Shown: positions 36,478-46,321 of the stretch, one piece after another | Numbering within the stretch: position 1 is the first letter of the stretch | Layout: every line of letters starts with the position of its first letter | Assembly (NCBI GenBank): GCA_050010135.1 | Contig: JBEKLP010000002.1 | Span: 27,906 to 91,905 of the forward strand | Direction of reading: 5' to 3' | Source: Anaerolineales bacterium | GTDB lineage: Bacteria; Chloroflexota; Anaerolineae; Anaerolineales; RBG-16-64-43 | DNA: 64,000 nt | Position numbers and translations under genes: made by a program | The notes under the pieces: model-generated | What the model was told of the DNA's origin: nothing | Seen by the model: only the letters and a program-made list of their open reading frames with translations | The model's database searches: none

Positions 36478-36513
36478 AAAAAAACCGTTTTCAGAGGGAA
36501 AACGGTTTTTTTT
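36478..36513 (-). terminator. Terminator of the liv operon
   Basis: AAAAAAACCGTTTTC-AGAGG-GAAAACGGTTTTTTT directly after the livF stop. Confidence 0.8.
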
Positions 36514-36527
36514 CTGAGCCTTGAAAT

Positions 36528-37241
36528 TCATTCCTCACCCAGGTAGGCCTTGCGCACCATCTCGTTTTTCCGAAGCTTGGAGGCTTTGTCCTGCAGGACG
36601 ATTCGGCCGGTTTGAACTACGTATCCCCGGTCGGCGATGGATAGAGCCATGAGAGCGTTCTGCTCCACCAGCAGGACGGTGGTACCTTCTTTGTTGATGG
36701 CTCGTATAGTCTCAAAAATGCTTTCCACCAGGAGAGGTGCCAATCCCATCGATGGTTCATCCAGGAGCATCAGGCGCGGGTGGGCCATGAGCGCCCGGCC
36801 GATGGCCAGCATCTGCTGTTCGCCTCCGGAGAGAGTCCCTCCAACTTGGGTACGGCGCTCCTTGAGCCGGGGAAAGATCGTATACACCCGTTCCAAGTCT
36901 TGCTGAATTCCTTTCTGATCCTTACGGGAGTATGCACCCATATCAAGATTTTCAATGACGGTCAGGCGGGCAAAGATGGCACGCCCCTCCGGCACCATGG
37001 CGACGCCTTTATTGACGATTTCATGGGCTTTGTATTGCGTAAGATCCTCCCCGTCCAGGGCGATATGCCCCTGGCGCGGTTTGAGCAGACCAACAATGGT
37101 GCGCAGCGTGGTGGTTTTACCGGCGCCATTCCCGCCGATCAGGGTAACAATTTCACCTTTCTCGACGCTGATCGAAATACCGGACAGGGCGTGAATGTTT
37201 CCATAATATGTGTGGACATCCGACACTTCAAGCATGGACAT
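36528..37241 (-). CDS. livF: Branched-chain amino acid ABC transporter ATP-binding protein
   Basis: GGNGAGKTT, VPEGRAIF, LSGGEQQMLAIGRALM, LDEPSMGLAP, VEQNA. Confidence 0.94.
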   Translation of the reverse strand: MSMLEVSDVHTYYGNIHALSGISISVEKGEIVTLIGGNGAGKTTTLRTIVGLLKPRQGHIALDGEDLTQYKAHEIVNKGVAMVPEGRAIFARLTVIENLDMGAYSRKDQKGIQQDLERVYTIFPRLKERRTQVGGTLSGGEQQMLAIGRALMAHPRLMLLDEPSMGLAPLLVESIFETIRAINKEGTTVLLVEQNALMALSIADRGYVVQTGRIVLQDKASKLRKNEMVRKAYLGEE

Positions 37242-37263
37242 GAGAAATCCTCTTGGGACCGGA

Positions 37264-38046
37264 TTATGCCGCAGAAGCAGCGGCGCGTCCGAGGTAAGCT
37301 TCGATCACCTGGGTGTTCCCCTGAATCTCCCTCGGGGTCCCCTCAGCGATTTTGACGCCATAATCCAGTACGGCAATATATTCGCTGATCCCCATTACCA
37401 CACGCATGTCATGTTCGATCAGCAGAATTGTGATTTCCAACTCGTCGCGGAGACGTTGGATGAAGCGCATCATCTCCATCGTCTCAATCGGATTCATGCC
37501 CGCTGTCGGTTCGTCCAGGAGAAGCATTCTTGGCTTGAGCGCCAATGCCCGGGCAACTTCCAGGCGTCGTTGCGCGCCATACGGGAGGTTTCTGGCAACC
37601 TGGTCTCCCAAACCCCCCAACCCGACGAAGCGCAGCAGGCGCATCGCTTCACCCAAGGCGCCCGTTTCCTCCCGCCGCATGCGGGGAGTTTGCAGGATGG
37701 CTTCGAACCAACTGGTTTTCAATAAATGGTGCTGTCCGATCAGAATATTTTCCAGGGCTGTCATGTTGGCAAATAAGCGGATATTCTGATAGGTGCGGGC
37801 AATGCCCATTTCGGCAATCTGGTCGGGTGACCGACCGACCAAAGATTTGTTGAAGAATAAAATCTCGCCGGCTTCCGGCGCGTAGAATCCCGTAACGCAG
37901 TTATAGAACGTCGTCTTTCCCGCCCCGTTGGGTCCGATGACGCTGAAAATGGATTTTTCGCTTATGCTCAAGTCGACGGCATTTACGGCGAGCAATCCGC
38001 CGAAGCGTTTGGTCAGGCCTCGGGTTTCAAGGGCGATGGTCTCCAT
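37264..38046 (-). CDS. livG: Branched-chain amino acid ABC transporter ATP-binding protein
   Basis: Start METIALETRGLTKRFGGL; GPNGAGKTT, RTYQNIRLF, LPYGAQRRLEVARAL, LDEPTAGMN, IEHDM. Confidence 0.94.
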   Translation of the reverse strand: METIALETRGLTKRFGGLLAVNAVDLSISEKSIFSVIGPNGAGKTTFYNCVTGFYAPEAGEILFFNKSLVGRSPDQIAEMGIARTYQNIRLFANMTALENILIGQHHLLKTSWFEAILQTPRMRREETGALGEAMRLLRFVGLGGLGDQVARNLPYGAQRRLEVARALALKPRMLLLDEPTAGMNPIETMEMMRFIQRLRDELEITILLIEHDMRVVMGISEYIAVLDYGVKIAEGTPREIQGNTQVIEAYLGRAAASAA

Positions 38047-39629
38047 TAGGTTTTTCCTCCTGATGTTTCTCCGGCTTCGTTCGCATCCTCGTGCAATTCC
38101 TTGATCTCCATTTTCCGTCTGGAGGTCGGCAGCAATCCTTCCGGGCGGACAAGCATCATGACAACTAGCAGCGCGCCGAAGGCCAGAATCCGGTAATTTT
38201 CCAACTCCCGCAACACCTCGGGCAGGCCTTTGAGGGTGAACGCGCCGCCGACCACTCCCGGGATGCTGCCCATGCCCCCAACAATTACGGAGGCAAGGAC
38301 GTTGAACGAAACCATCAGGTTGTAATCTTCGGGGCCGGTAAATTGGTTCCGGGAGGCAAAGATAACACCGCCAAGTCCCGCAAAGGCGGCTCCAATGGCA
38401 AAGGCGAGGAGTTTGTGGGACCACGTATTGATGCCCATCGCCCGGGCAACCGTTTCGTCCTCCCGAATCGCTTCCCAGGCACGTCCGACACGGGAGCTTC
38501 GCAACCGGATGGTTACGAAAATCACCAGGACAACGGCCAGTAGAATTAGATAGACAAAATCTTCGGGTGTACCAAGAGAGCGGCCAAAGAAGGTCGGGCC
38601 ACCCACGGCGCTGACACCTTTTGGGCCGCCCGTAAAGGCGATCAACGCATCGCTTCTCAACATGATGGCGATGATCTGACCAAAACCCAGGGTGACGATG
38701 GCGAGATAATCTCCGCGCAAACGCAAGACGGGTACGCCGAGCAAGACTCCCGCGACCGCCGCCAGGATGATCCCAATCGGGATAGCGATCCAGAAACTCC
38801 ACAGCAAATGGTGCGGCGCCGGCGCGGTCAACAGTGCAACGGTATAGCCTCCGATCGCAAAAAAGGCCACATATCCCAGATCGAGCAAACCGGCCAGGCC
38901 CACTACGATATTCAAACCCAATCCCAGTAGGACATATATGCCGACCGTCCCGAGCGTGTAATTCCAGTAGTCTCCGATAACCAGGGGGATCAATAACACA
39001 ATCCCGATCGCCAAGGCATAGACGATCAACCGAATCGATTTGGTGCGTTTAAAGAGTTGGATGCCGCTCCCATTGAGTATCCACTGCGTTTTGGTATTTA
39101 TCCAAATCGAGAATTTCTTCCGCCAGGATCCTCGTAGTACCCGGTAGGCAAATACGCCGCCCAGAAGCCCGCTGATGAAAAAAAAGATCACATAAAAAAT
39201 CGCCGCGGAAGCCGGAGACAACCCGAGCAAATAGAGGCGGACCGCGTCCGGAAGCAGTTGGGCGAAATAGGTGCTCATGCGTACTCCGGCCAGAAGAAGG
39301 CTCCCGATGAGCATGGCCAGGCCACCGGCCAATATCCCCAGAATTAAACCTGCCAGGCCTGCGCCGGATAACACCCGCCTCCAGGAATCCGCTTCCGTCG
39401 GAGATTTTCTTGCCCCGGACGCACCCGACCATACTCCGAGAAGGAAAAGAAATATCAGGAGATGGAATGTGACCGCCGGCAAACCCAAGACCCCGGATGC
39501 CGAGGCATTGCCCAGGAAAGTTCCGATCAGGTCCGATGCAGTCACTGTGAAACCGATCAACACAAGAAAAATCGTGACGATTCCGAAGACGATTCCCGCA
39601 TTGAGGCCGTTGCGCAAGTAGTGGCTCAT
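38046..39629 (-). CDS. livM: Branched-chain amino acid ABC transporter permease with an extra N-terminal membrane region
   Basis: GLNIVVGLAGLLDLGYVAFFAIG, LRLRGDYLAIVTLGFG, GRAWEAIREDE. Confidence 0.93.
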   Translation of the reverse strand: MSHYLRNGLNAGIVFGIVTIFLVLIGFTVTASDLIGTFLGNASASGVLGLPAVTFHLLIFLFLLGVWSGASGARKSPTEADSWRRVLSGAGLAGLILGILAGGLAMLIGSLLLAGVRMSTYFAQLLPDAVRLYLLGLSPASAAIFYVIFFFISGLLGGVFAYRVLRGSWRKKFSIWINTKTQWILNGSGIQLFKRTKSIRLIVYALAIGIVLLIPLVIGDYWNYTLGTVGIYVLLGLGLNIVVGLAGLLDLGYVAFFAIGGYTVALLTAPAPHHLLWSFWIAIPIGIILAAVAGVLLGVPVLRLRGDYLAIVTLGFGQIIAIMLRSDALIAFTGGPKGVSAVGGPTFFGRSLGTPEDFVYLILLAVVLVIFVTIRLRSSRVGRAWEAIREDETVARAMGINTWSHKLLAFAIGAAFAGLGGVIFASRNQFTGPEDYNLMVSFNVLASVIVGGMGSIPGVVGGAFTLKGLPEVLRELENYRILAFGALLVVMMLVRPEGLLPTSRRKMEIKELHEDANEAGETSGGKT

Positions 39630-40735
39630 TACACTTTCTCCTCGCTCAAAACCTCGCCCAGAATGCCGGTCGGCCGGAAGACGAGCACCAGAACGAGGAT
39701 GGAAAAAGCAATCACATCTTTCAACTGAAAACTGATTCCCAGGACGGCCGGTCCCAACGCCTCGACCAATCCCAGAAACATGCCCCCGACCATGGCGCCT
39801 GGAATGCTCCCAATGCCGCCCAAGACGGCTGCGGTGAACGCTTTAATTCCCGGGATGAACCCGACATAGTAATAGACCAATCCCAGGTGAATTCCCCACA
39901 TCACGCCCGCCAAACCCGCTAACGCTCCGCTGATAATGAATGTCCTGCTGATAACCCCGTCGACATCCACGCCCATGAGCGCCGCAACGCTCTTATTTTC
40001 CGCGACGGCCCGCATCGCCCTGCCGAGCCGGGTCCGTTTGACAAGGAAATATAAGCCAATCATCGTGATGACAGAGACGACAATCGTAAATACTCCGGTA
40101 TACGTGAGAATTACGGGTTTTCCTCCCACGATGAGATTCCAGCCGATGCCGCGTTCCAGAACTGTCGGATTGGTATAGTCACGGCGTTGAGATCCAAACA
40201 TGAGCTGTCCCGCATTTTCAAGAAATATCGATGCGCCGACCGCGCTGATTAACGGGACCAGGCGCGGCGCACCGCGCAGCGGGCGATAAGCAATTTTTTC
40301 CAGAAAATAACCGCCCATCGAAGCAATCCCCATGCCGGCCAGGAAGGCCAGAATGACCGAAATGGCCGGGTAGGCATTTAAAAAAGAAAGCCCGGGGCCG
40401 GTTGTGGAAGGAACTTGAACGGCTCCCAAAGCCTCGAAAACAAAGTATCCGCCAAAAGCCCCCACCATCATGATGTCTCCATGCGCAAAATTGATCATGA
40501 ATAGAATCCCGTACACCAACGTATACCCGATGGCAATTAATGCGTAGACACTCCCCAGCACAAAACCGTCAATGGCGAACCGGAGCCAGGTATCCGGGCC
40601 ATAGGCGGGATGCGCGATCAAAACGTCGTATAACCGCCAGATGAGATAACCGGAAAAAAAGACGCCCAAAATAATTTGGACAATACGATACGTACTGACG
40701 GGTTTATGCGTACGGATGGAAGCTTTGGATTCCAT
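39629..40735 (-). CDS. livH: Branched-chain amino acid ABC transporter permease
   Basis: GSVYALIAIGYTLVYGILFMINFAHG, GRAMRAVAEN, KAFTAAVLGGIG. Confidence 0.94.
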   Translation of the reverse strand: MESKASIRTHKPVSTYRIVQIILGVFFSGYLIWRLYDVLIAHPAYGPDTWLRFAIDGFVLGSVYALIAIGYTLVYGILFMINFAHGDIMMVGAFGGYFVFEALGAVQVPSTTGPGLSFLNAYPAISVILAFLAGMGIASMGGYFLEKIAYRPLRGAPRLVPLISAVGASIFLENAGQLMFGSQRRDYTNPTVLERGIGWNLIVGGKPVILTYTGVFTIVVSVITMIGLYFLVKRTRLGRAMRAVAENKSVAALMGVDVDGVISRTFIISGALAGLAGVMWGIHLGLVYYYVGFIPGIKAFTAAVLGGIGSIPGAMVGGMFLGLVEALGPAVLGISFQLKDVIAFSILVLVLVFRPTGILGEVLSEEKV

Positions 40736-40777
40736 GGTCTTGTCTTCCGTTCGAGATACGATGATAGCTCAGATTCA

Positions 40778-40817
40778 AAGAAATGGCGGGATAAACAGTC
40801 TCATCCCGCCATTTCTT
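40778..40817. terminator. Intercistronic stem-loop after the binding-protein gene
   Basis: 15-bp perfect stem AAGAAATGGCGGGAT/ATCCCGCCATTTCTT; typical position for a partial terminator or mRNA stabiliser. Confidence 0.7.
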
Positions 40818-40855
40818 CAGTCTATATTAGGAAAGCCGTTTTGTGAACGCCATTC

Positions 40856-42058
40856 CTATTTCGGGGCTTCAACCCACTTGCCGCTTTTGTCGATATAAAA
40901 CGTCGGGCCGGAGGCCGAGCATTCGCCGGTCGCATCGCAGGAGATTAGGCCAGAGAGCCCTTGGTAATCTTTGGTGCCCCGTACCGCAGCAATCAGGGCG
41001 CCGCGCGGGATGTACAACTTACCATCACTGCCCAGGATCGCTACGCTTTCGATTTGCTTGATCAACACCGCACCGGCATCGTATGCGGTCCAGGAGTATG
41101 GGGAAAGCTTACCGGCGGGCTGCTCGTAGGCCGCCAAATAAGCCGCATCAAATTTCGTCTTGGCATCCGAAGAAGCGGGGATCAATGCCGTCGAATATGC
41201 GCCTTCCCCATTTGCCTTCGTCCGGTCGAGGAAGTCCTGTCCGAAGGTTCCATCATCGCCGAAGAAGACCGCATTCCCAAGTCCGGATTGCTTCATCTCG
41301 TTTACGATCACAACCCCCTCGGCGGTATAACCGCCAAAGAAAAGCGCATCCGGAGATTTGGAGGCAATGGCTCCCAGAACAGTCGTGTAATCCGACTCGC
41401 CTGGGGTGATGGGTTGGAAAGCGATAACGGTGCCGCCAAGCTTTGTGAATTCATCCTTGACAACCTGGGCCAACCCCTGCCCGTAAGCCTGTCCGTCATG
41501 GATGATCGCCAGGTTCTTTACTTTCAAATTGTTGTACAGATAGGCGGCGGCGAACTTGCCCTGGGCGGCATCGGTGAAGACGTCGCGGTTGAAGACTTTG
41601 GATCCAGATTGGGTGAGGGGCGGGTTCGTGGCGGAGGGCGACATCATCGGCAGCCCGGCCTTTTCGTAGATCGGGATCGCCGCCTGCGTAGCACCGGAGA
41701 AGATATGTCCCTCAATGGCGACTACCGTCGGGTCGGAAACCAGTTTATTGGCTACCGAAGCACCGCCTTCGGCGGAACCACCATCATCCTGGGTAACGAG
41801 CTCGAAGGTAAAGCCCTTGAAAGTGCCTCCATCTTTCATCGCAAGTTTCGCAGCGTTCGAGATATCAATCCCGAAAGAGGCGTTGTCACCGGTCATGGGG
41901 GCGCCCATGCCGATTTTGATGGTCTGGCCTTTGCTGATAACCGCGCATCCGAAGGCGTCTGTCTTGCAGACCGCCGGCGCACCAGCTGCCGTACCGCACG
42001 AGACGATGAATAGGCTGGCGATTGCCAGCACCGACAACACTGTGAATAGGCGTTTCAT
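40856..42058 (-). CDS. livK: Branched-chain amino acid ABC transporter substrate-binding lipoprotein
   Basis: Lipoprotein signal MKRLFTVLSVLAIASLFIVSC; GHIFSG, SPSATNPPLT, AYGQGLA; preceded by GGAGG. Confidence 0.9.
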   Translation of the reverse strand: MKRLFTVLSVLAIASLFIVSCGTAAGAPAVCKTDAFGCAVISKGQTIKIGMGAPMTGDNASFGIDISNAAKLAMKDGGTFKGFTFELVTQDDGGSAEGGASVANKLVSDPTVVAIEGHIFSGATQAAIPIYEKAGLPMMSPSATNPPLTQSGSKVFNRDVFTDAAQGKFAAAYLYNNLKVKNLAIIHDGQAYGQGLAQVVKDEFTKLGGTVIAFQPITPGESDYTTVLGAIASKSPDALFFGGYTAEGVVIVNEMKQSGLGNAVFFGDDGTFGQDFLDRTKANGEGAYSTALIPASSDAKTKFDAAYLAAYEQPAGKLSPYSWTAYDAGAVLIKQIESVAILGSDGKLYIPRGALIAAVRGTKDYQGLSGLISCDATGECSASGPTFYIDKSGKWVEAPK

Positions 42059-42258
42059 GGTTTCTCCTCCAAAATATGTAGGTGTTCGATAGGCGTTCAT
42101 AGAAGAAAAAATCGACAATTCCGTTTAGCAGCACCTCCTTCCAGATAATATCTGGTTTTTATCCCGGCTTCCCGGAGATCGAATCTCCTCCGGATATTAA
42201 TCGGTGCTTTTTATGATTTACCCGCAGAGGGAGACCGCGAACTTGGTTTAAGGCCATA

Positions 42259-42286
42259 ATTATAATGAAATATGGGCAATGGTCAA
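42259..42286 (-). promoter_or_regulatory. Promoter of the liv operon
   Basis: Minus-strand TTGACC, 16-bp spacer, TATAAT, about 200 nt upstream of the livK ATG. Confidence 0.6.
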
Positions 42287-42408
42287 GGATAAACTCAGTT
42301 TCCCGCGAAAATTCATACGTTCACATGGATTATAGGCGCGGGTGGTCATCGATTTCCGCGATCGTGATAATCCGGGAATTATTTTGGATGCCTTGCGTCC
42401 GGATTCTT

Positions 42409-44733
42409 TTATTTTTCCACCCGGATCCACATTTGCCTCCCGTCTGTGGCCAAATCCAACCATCCGTAGCTGTCCGAACGCAGTAGTTCGATCTCCGGCG
42501 GCCAGCCCAGATCGCCCGAAAACGGCCATAAGCCCGCCTGGAGATGAGTGGCGCGCAACCACTCCGTCAGGTTTCCGGTTTGCTTTACGTCGGGGGGAAA
42601 AAGCACAACCTGCGCAGCGGGCACTTTGCCCTGCGAGATCATTCGCTGCCCGAGTTCCTCGTCCAAGCCGTCGAGAATCAACCAACGGACACCGGTCCCG
42701 CCCGCGGTTGTGAGATGATCGCGTTCGACCGCCAAGACCAACCCCCGACCGCCCTGAGCCAGCACGCGAAGACGCGCGCCCGACCCGAGGTCGAGCCGGT
42801 ACCCTTCGCTTCCTTCATATATTGGGATGGTTTTCTGCTCACAGTCGGAAAGAAAACCGGTAAGCGATTTCGCCTCCCGATCCGCGCCGGAGGGAATCAG
42901 CACGTTGCTGATATGGTAGCACGCGGCGACATCGGCAAGGGCGGATGTGGTTTCCTCTGCGCTGGATCCGACCACGACCCAATCGAGCGTTTGCGGACCA
43001 AACCCGAGAATTTTCCCCAAGCCCGATATCACCCGGTTGGGATCATCCCCGCCCGCGTCGATCAAAACGGTTTTTCCTGCGGGCGAGCGCAGGAGGATCG
43101 TCTCTCCACCGGTATCCAATATCGTCAGATGCAGCCGTCCGTCCGGCAGACGGAACAACACACCCCAGGCGATAAATACGGCCGCTGCGAGGAACGGTAT
43201 TGCGGCGGAGGCAACCTTGGTGATGAGCGTGCGTCCAAAATCCAACCGGGGAAGTTTGCCGCGCACCGCAAGCACCGTAAAACCAAAGAGCGTTGCGTAA
43301 TAGACAATGATCCACGCGGGAGAAATCGCATCCACGGGCCACCACCCGGCCGCGATCCGGGCGCCCCACTCCACAACGCGAATGGTATACGCCGTCGGCG
43401 CCCAGCCCGCCCAGGCAAGCGCCTGACCGGCGGGCAACCAGACCATCCCCGCGAGCACCGCCGCTCCTCCGGCGATCATCAGCATCGGCTGCACGAAGAG
43501 GATGAGCGGATTGACGGCGAAGGCGATCAGCGAAAGTGACTGGAATTGATACAACATGATCGGGATGGTAGCGATCTGCGCTGCGGTTGTCATCAGGAAG
43601 ATCTCACCCGCAGCGGAAGCGAGTGTGCGCGCCCGTTCCCTCCCGATTCGCGATAACAACCGCTCGACCCCCGCCTGCAAAGGATCAGCATACAGGATCA
43701 GCCCCAGCGTGGCGGCGAACGAAAGCTGGAAGCCGACGTCCCAAAGTGTCCAGGGGTTGGCCGCGGTCATCAGCGTACCGGCGAAAAAAAGCGACGTCAG
43801 CCCGTGCGAGCGCCGGCCGATTTGCCGCGCAACGATCGCCAGTCCGCCCATAATCGCCGCGCGCACCACCGACGGCGTGGCACCAACCAGCACGGTGTAA
43901 ATCGCGATCCCCGCCGCAGCCACCAGCCAGCCCGGGATTCTGCGGGGCAGGCGTCGGGTGAGGGCGAGAAAAACCCCCGCCACGATCGAAATGTTGAAGC
44001 CCGAAATCGCCACGATGTGAGAGGTGCCGGTTTGCGCAAACGCCTGTTGCAGATCCTTCGGAATGGAGTTGTCATCTCCCAGCAGGATCCCCGAAAGCAA
44101 CGCACCCTCCGGTTCGGGGAAAAGTTGTTTGAGAATTTCCAATGCCCTCCGGCGGAAGGAATAAAGCGCTTCCATCAACGGATCCCCGCGCCGATTCTCA
44201 ACCGATTTCACCACCGGATCGCTCAGGACGGCGTAGACGCCTTGCCGCGCAAGGTAAGCGGCGTAGTCGAATCCTTTGACGATCGGCGGCGGTTGCAGCA
44301 AGCCGGAGAGCCGAACCCGATCCCCATAGCGCGGAGTCCAACCTTCAGGCCACTCGCGGAATTCCACCAACAGAGTCCCATCCAACCCGCTGACGTCGCC
44401 TTCCGGACGGGCGATCCGGTCGACCCGCGCGCGGACGCGCAGACCCCGCCCTTGCGGAACAGGATCCTCCTCCAGCTCAACCTCAAGGGCGGCGGATTGA
44501 TTTACATACGAGCCAAGGAAATTCGGGCCGGGTTTGGGCTGGGCGGCGGCAAGGCGCGCCGAGCCGAGGAGGAAAAATGCAAGACAGAAGAAAGGGATGC
44601 GGAATTTTTTAATGGTGAAGGCGAATAGGAAGAAGAGCGCGCCCGAGCCCAACGAGGAAACGAGGGGCAACCCCGCCAGCGGTGCCAATGCGATGCCCGC
44701 GAGAAATGAGGTGCAAAGATAGAATAAGGTCAT
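42409..44733 (-). CDS. comEC: ComEC/Rec2 competence protein
   Basis: OB-like region with FDYAAYL; competence domain GTSHIVAISGFN, SVVRAAIM, GFQLSFAAT; degenerate C-terminal MBL-like domain. Confidence 0.93.
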   Translation of the reverse strand: MTLFYLCTSFLAGIALAPLAGLPLVSSLGSGALFFLFAFTIKKFRIPFFCLAFFLLGSARLAAAQPKPGPNFLGSYVNQSAALEVELEEDPVPQGRGLRVRARVDRIARPEGDVSGLDGTLLVEFREWPEGWTPRYGDRVRLSGLLQPPPIVKGFDYAAYLARQGVYAVLSDPVVKSVENRRGDPLMEALYSFRRRALEILKQLFPEPEGALLSGILLGDDNSIPKDLQQAFAQTGTSHIVAISGFNISIVAGVFLALTRRLPRRIPGWLVAAAGIAIYTVLVGATPSVVRAAIMGGLAIVARQIGRRSHGLTSLFFAGTLMTAANPWTLWDVGFQLSFAATLGLILYADPLQAGVERLLSRIGRERARTLASAAGEIFLMTTAAQIATIPIMLYQFQSLSLIAFAVNPLILFVQPMLMIAGGAAVLAGMVWLPAGQALAWAGWAPTAYTIRVVEWGARIAAGWWPVDAISPAWIIVYYATLFGFTVLAVRGKLPRLDFGRTLITKVASAAIPFLAAAVFIAWGVLFRLPDGRLHLTILDTGGETILLRSPAGKTVLIDAGGDDPNRVISGLGKILGFGPQTLDWVVVGSSAEETTSALADVAACYHISNVLIPSGADREAKSLTGFLSDCEQKTIPIYEGSEGYRLDLGSGARLRVLAQGGRGLVLAVERDHLTTAGGTGVRWLILDGLDEELGQRMISQGKVPAAQVVLFPPDVKQTGNLTEWLRATHLQAGLWPFSGDLGWPPEIELLRSDSYGWLDLATDGRQMWIRVEK

Positions 44734-45034
44734 ATATCCCCCTGGATGGAATAAAGCAGGTTAATTTATAGCACAATTAGTTTATTCTCACCAGGCGTTG
44801 GGACGAAAATCCCCCCAAGGGTATCTCCATAGCCCCGGTGCGATTATTTATTGAAAACAAGCTCAGAAAAGAATTTATTCTGGCCGGCCAATTCAGAATC
44901 GGCTTCGAAATAATCACCGCCATGCCCGGCATGGAATCCGAAAAATGAGGTTGCGAATCGCCCGCCCGAAAGATATAATAAGCACTCCGGTTCAATATGT
45001 TCCTGCTTTGAAAAATTTTAGGGTTCGGAGAAGC

Positions 45035-46273
45035 ATGCGAAGCGTGAAGATCCTCGGGAATAGCAAGATTCGCCTTAAGAAATCCATTTTTTCTGTCCCG
45101 GGTGCTAAATATTTCCTTTATAAAAATCGATTTCTGGCCTGCTTTTTGTTTGCGGGGATAATCTTAGGGCTCCTCATTCGGTATCGGCTGTTACCATTCA
45201 CTTCGTTGGATTTTTGGCTGGATCTTAATAATTGGTACGATAAAATAAGGAACCAGGGATTGTCCGCTCTGCGCGCGGATTTTTCCAATTATTCCCCTCT
45301 CTATATTTATGTTCTCTTTTTCATTCATGGTCTTTTTCCGTCGCTTCCGAATCTACTCGCGGTTAAATTCCCATCCATATTCATGGATCTGGTATGCGCT
45401 TCCCTTGCCTTCGGACTTATCTTTTCCGCCACCCGATCCAAGCTTCGCGCGGCCTTCGCTTGCCTATCCGTTTTTCTGGCGCCGACGATGATCTTCAACA
45501 GCGCGTATTGGGGACAGGCGGACGTATTCTACACATCCTTTCTCGTCCTAGGTATATGGCTGTTGATCTCGAGACGATTTAGTCTGGCCATGTTAAGTTA
45601 TGGGGTGGCTCTGGCCTTCAAGCTGCAAAGCGTCTTCCTCGGTCCCTTCATCGCGACCCTATTCCTGATTGGATTTATTCCCTGGAAACAGATTTTTCTC
45701 ATTCCCGTCCCGTATGTGATCTCCATCATCCCGGCGTGGATCGCCGGCCGGCCGGTTTTGCAGCTCCTGATGATTTTCTGGAACCAGGCCGGAACCTATA
45801 AGCGGTTGACACTCAACGCGGCTTCGGCATACGCATGGTTTTTCGAGGATCAATATTCCCTGATCTCCAAAGCCGGAATCTTTTTCGCCATGGGCATCTG
45901 CCTGCTCTTCATCGCGTTCATTTTCTTCCGCAAACGAAAAATAGGAAATGGCGAAATTATCCTCTTGGCAACCGTATCGGTCTTCCTTGTCCCGTTCTTT
46001 CTTCCGAGCATGCACGAACGGTATTTCTACCCCGCAGATGTTTTTTCCATCCTCGTGGTATTTTGTTATCCCGAATTATTCCTGGTGCCTATCTTTTCAC
46101 AGCTTTCCTCCTTCTTCACCTATCAGCCATTTTTCACCGATAAGTATGTCTTCCCCCTTTCCGTTATTTCCTTTCTCAATCTCGCTTCTATTGTTTTCTT
46201 GGCGCGGAAAGCGATCTTCCTTTTATATCTCCAAAAGCCGCTGATGAAGAAAAAACCGCTTCTACATGTCTAG
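45035..46273 (+). CDS. Membrane glycosyltransferase, GT-C fold (GT87/mannosyltransferase-like)
   Basis: SNYSPLY, NSAYWGQAD, FKLQ, LTLNA, PSMHERYFY motifs and many TM helices; start is uncertain. Confidence 0.8.
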   Translation: MRSVKILGNSKIRLKKSIFSVPGAKYFLYKNRFLACFLFAGIILGLLIRYRLLPFTSLDFWLDLNNWYDKIRNQGLSALRADFSNYSPLYIYVLFFIHGLFPSLPNLLAVKFPSIFMDLVCASLAFGLIFSATRSKLRAAFACLSVFLAPTMIFNSAYWGQADVFYTSFLVLGIWLLISRRFSLAMLSYGVALAFKLQSVFLGPFIATLFLIGFIPWKQIFLIPVPYVISIIPAWIAGRPVLQLLMIFWNQAGTYKRLTLNAASAYAWFFEDQYSLISKAGIFFAMGICLLFIAFIFFRKRKIGNGEIILLATVSVFLVPFFLPSMHERYFYPADVFSILVVFCYPELFLVPIFSQLSSFFTYQPFFTDKYVFPLSVISFLNLASIVFLARKAIFLLYLQKPLMKKKPLLHV

Positions 46274-46321
46274 CCTTCGGATAGGGAGGAATTCCGCACC
46301 GGCGGAAAACATTCGACATCC

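Noticed and set aside
38047-38802. Long N-terminal extension of livG in the ORF track
   Set aside because: Alternative frame inside livM; livG starts at 38046 after GGAGG.
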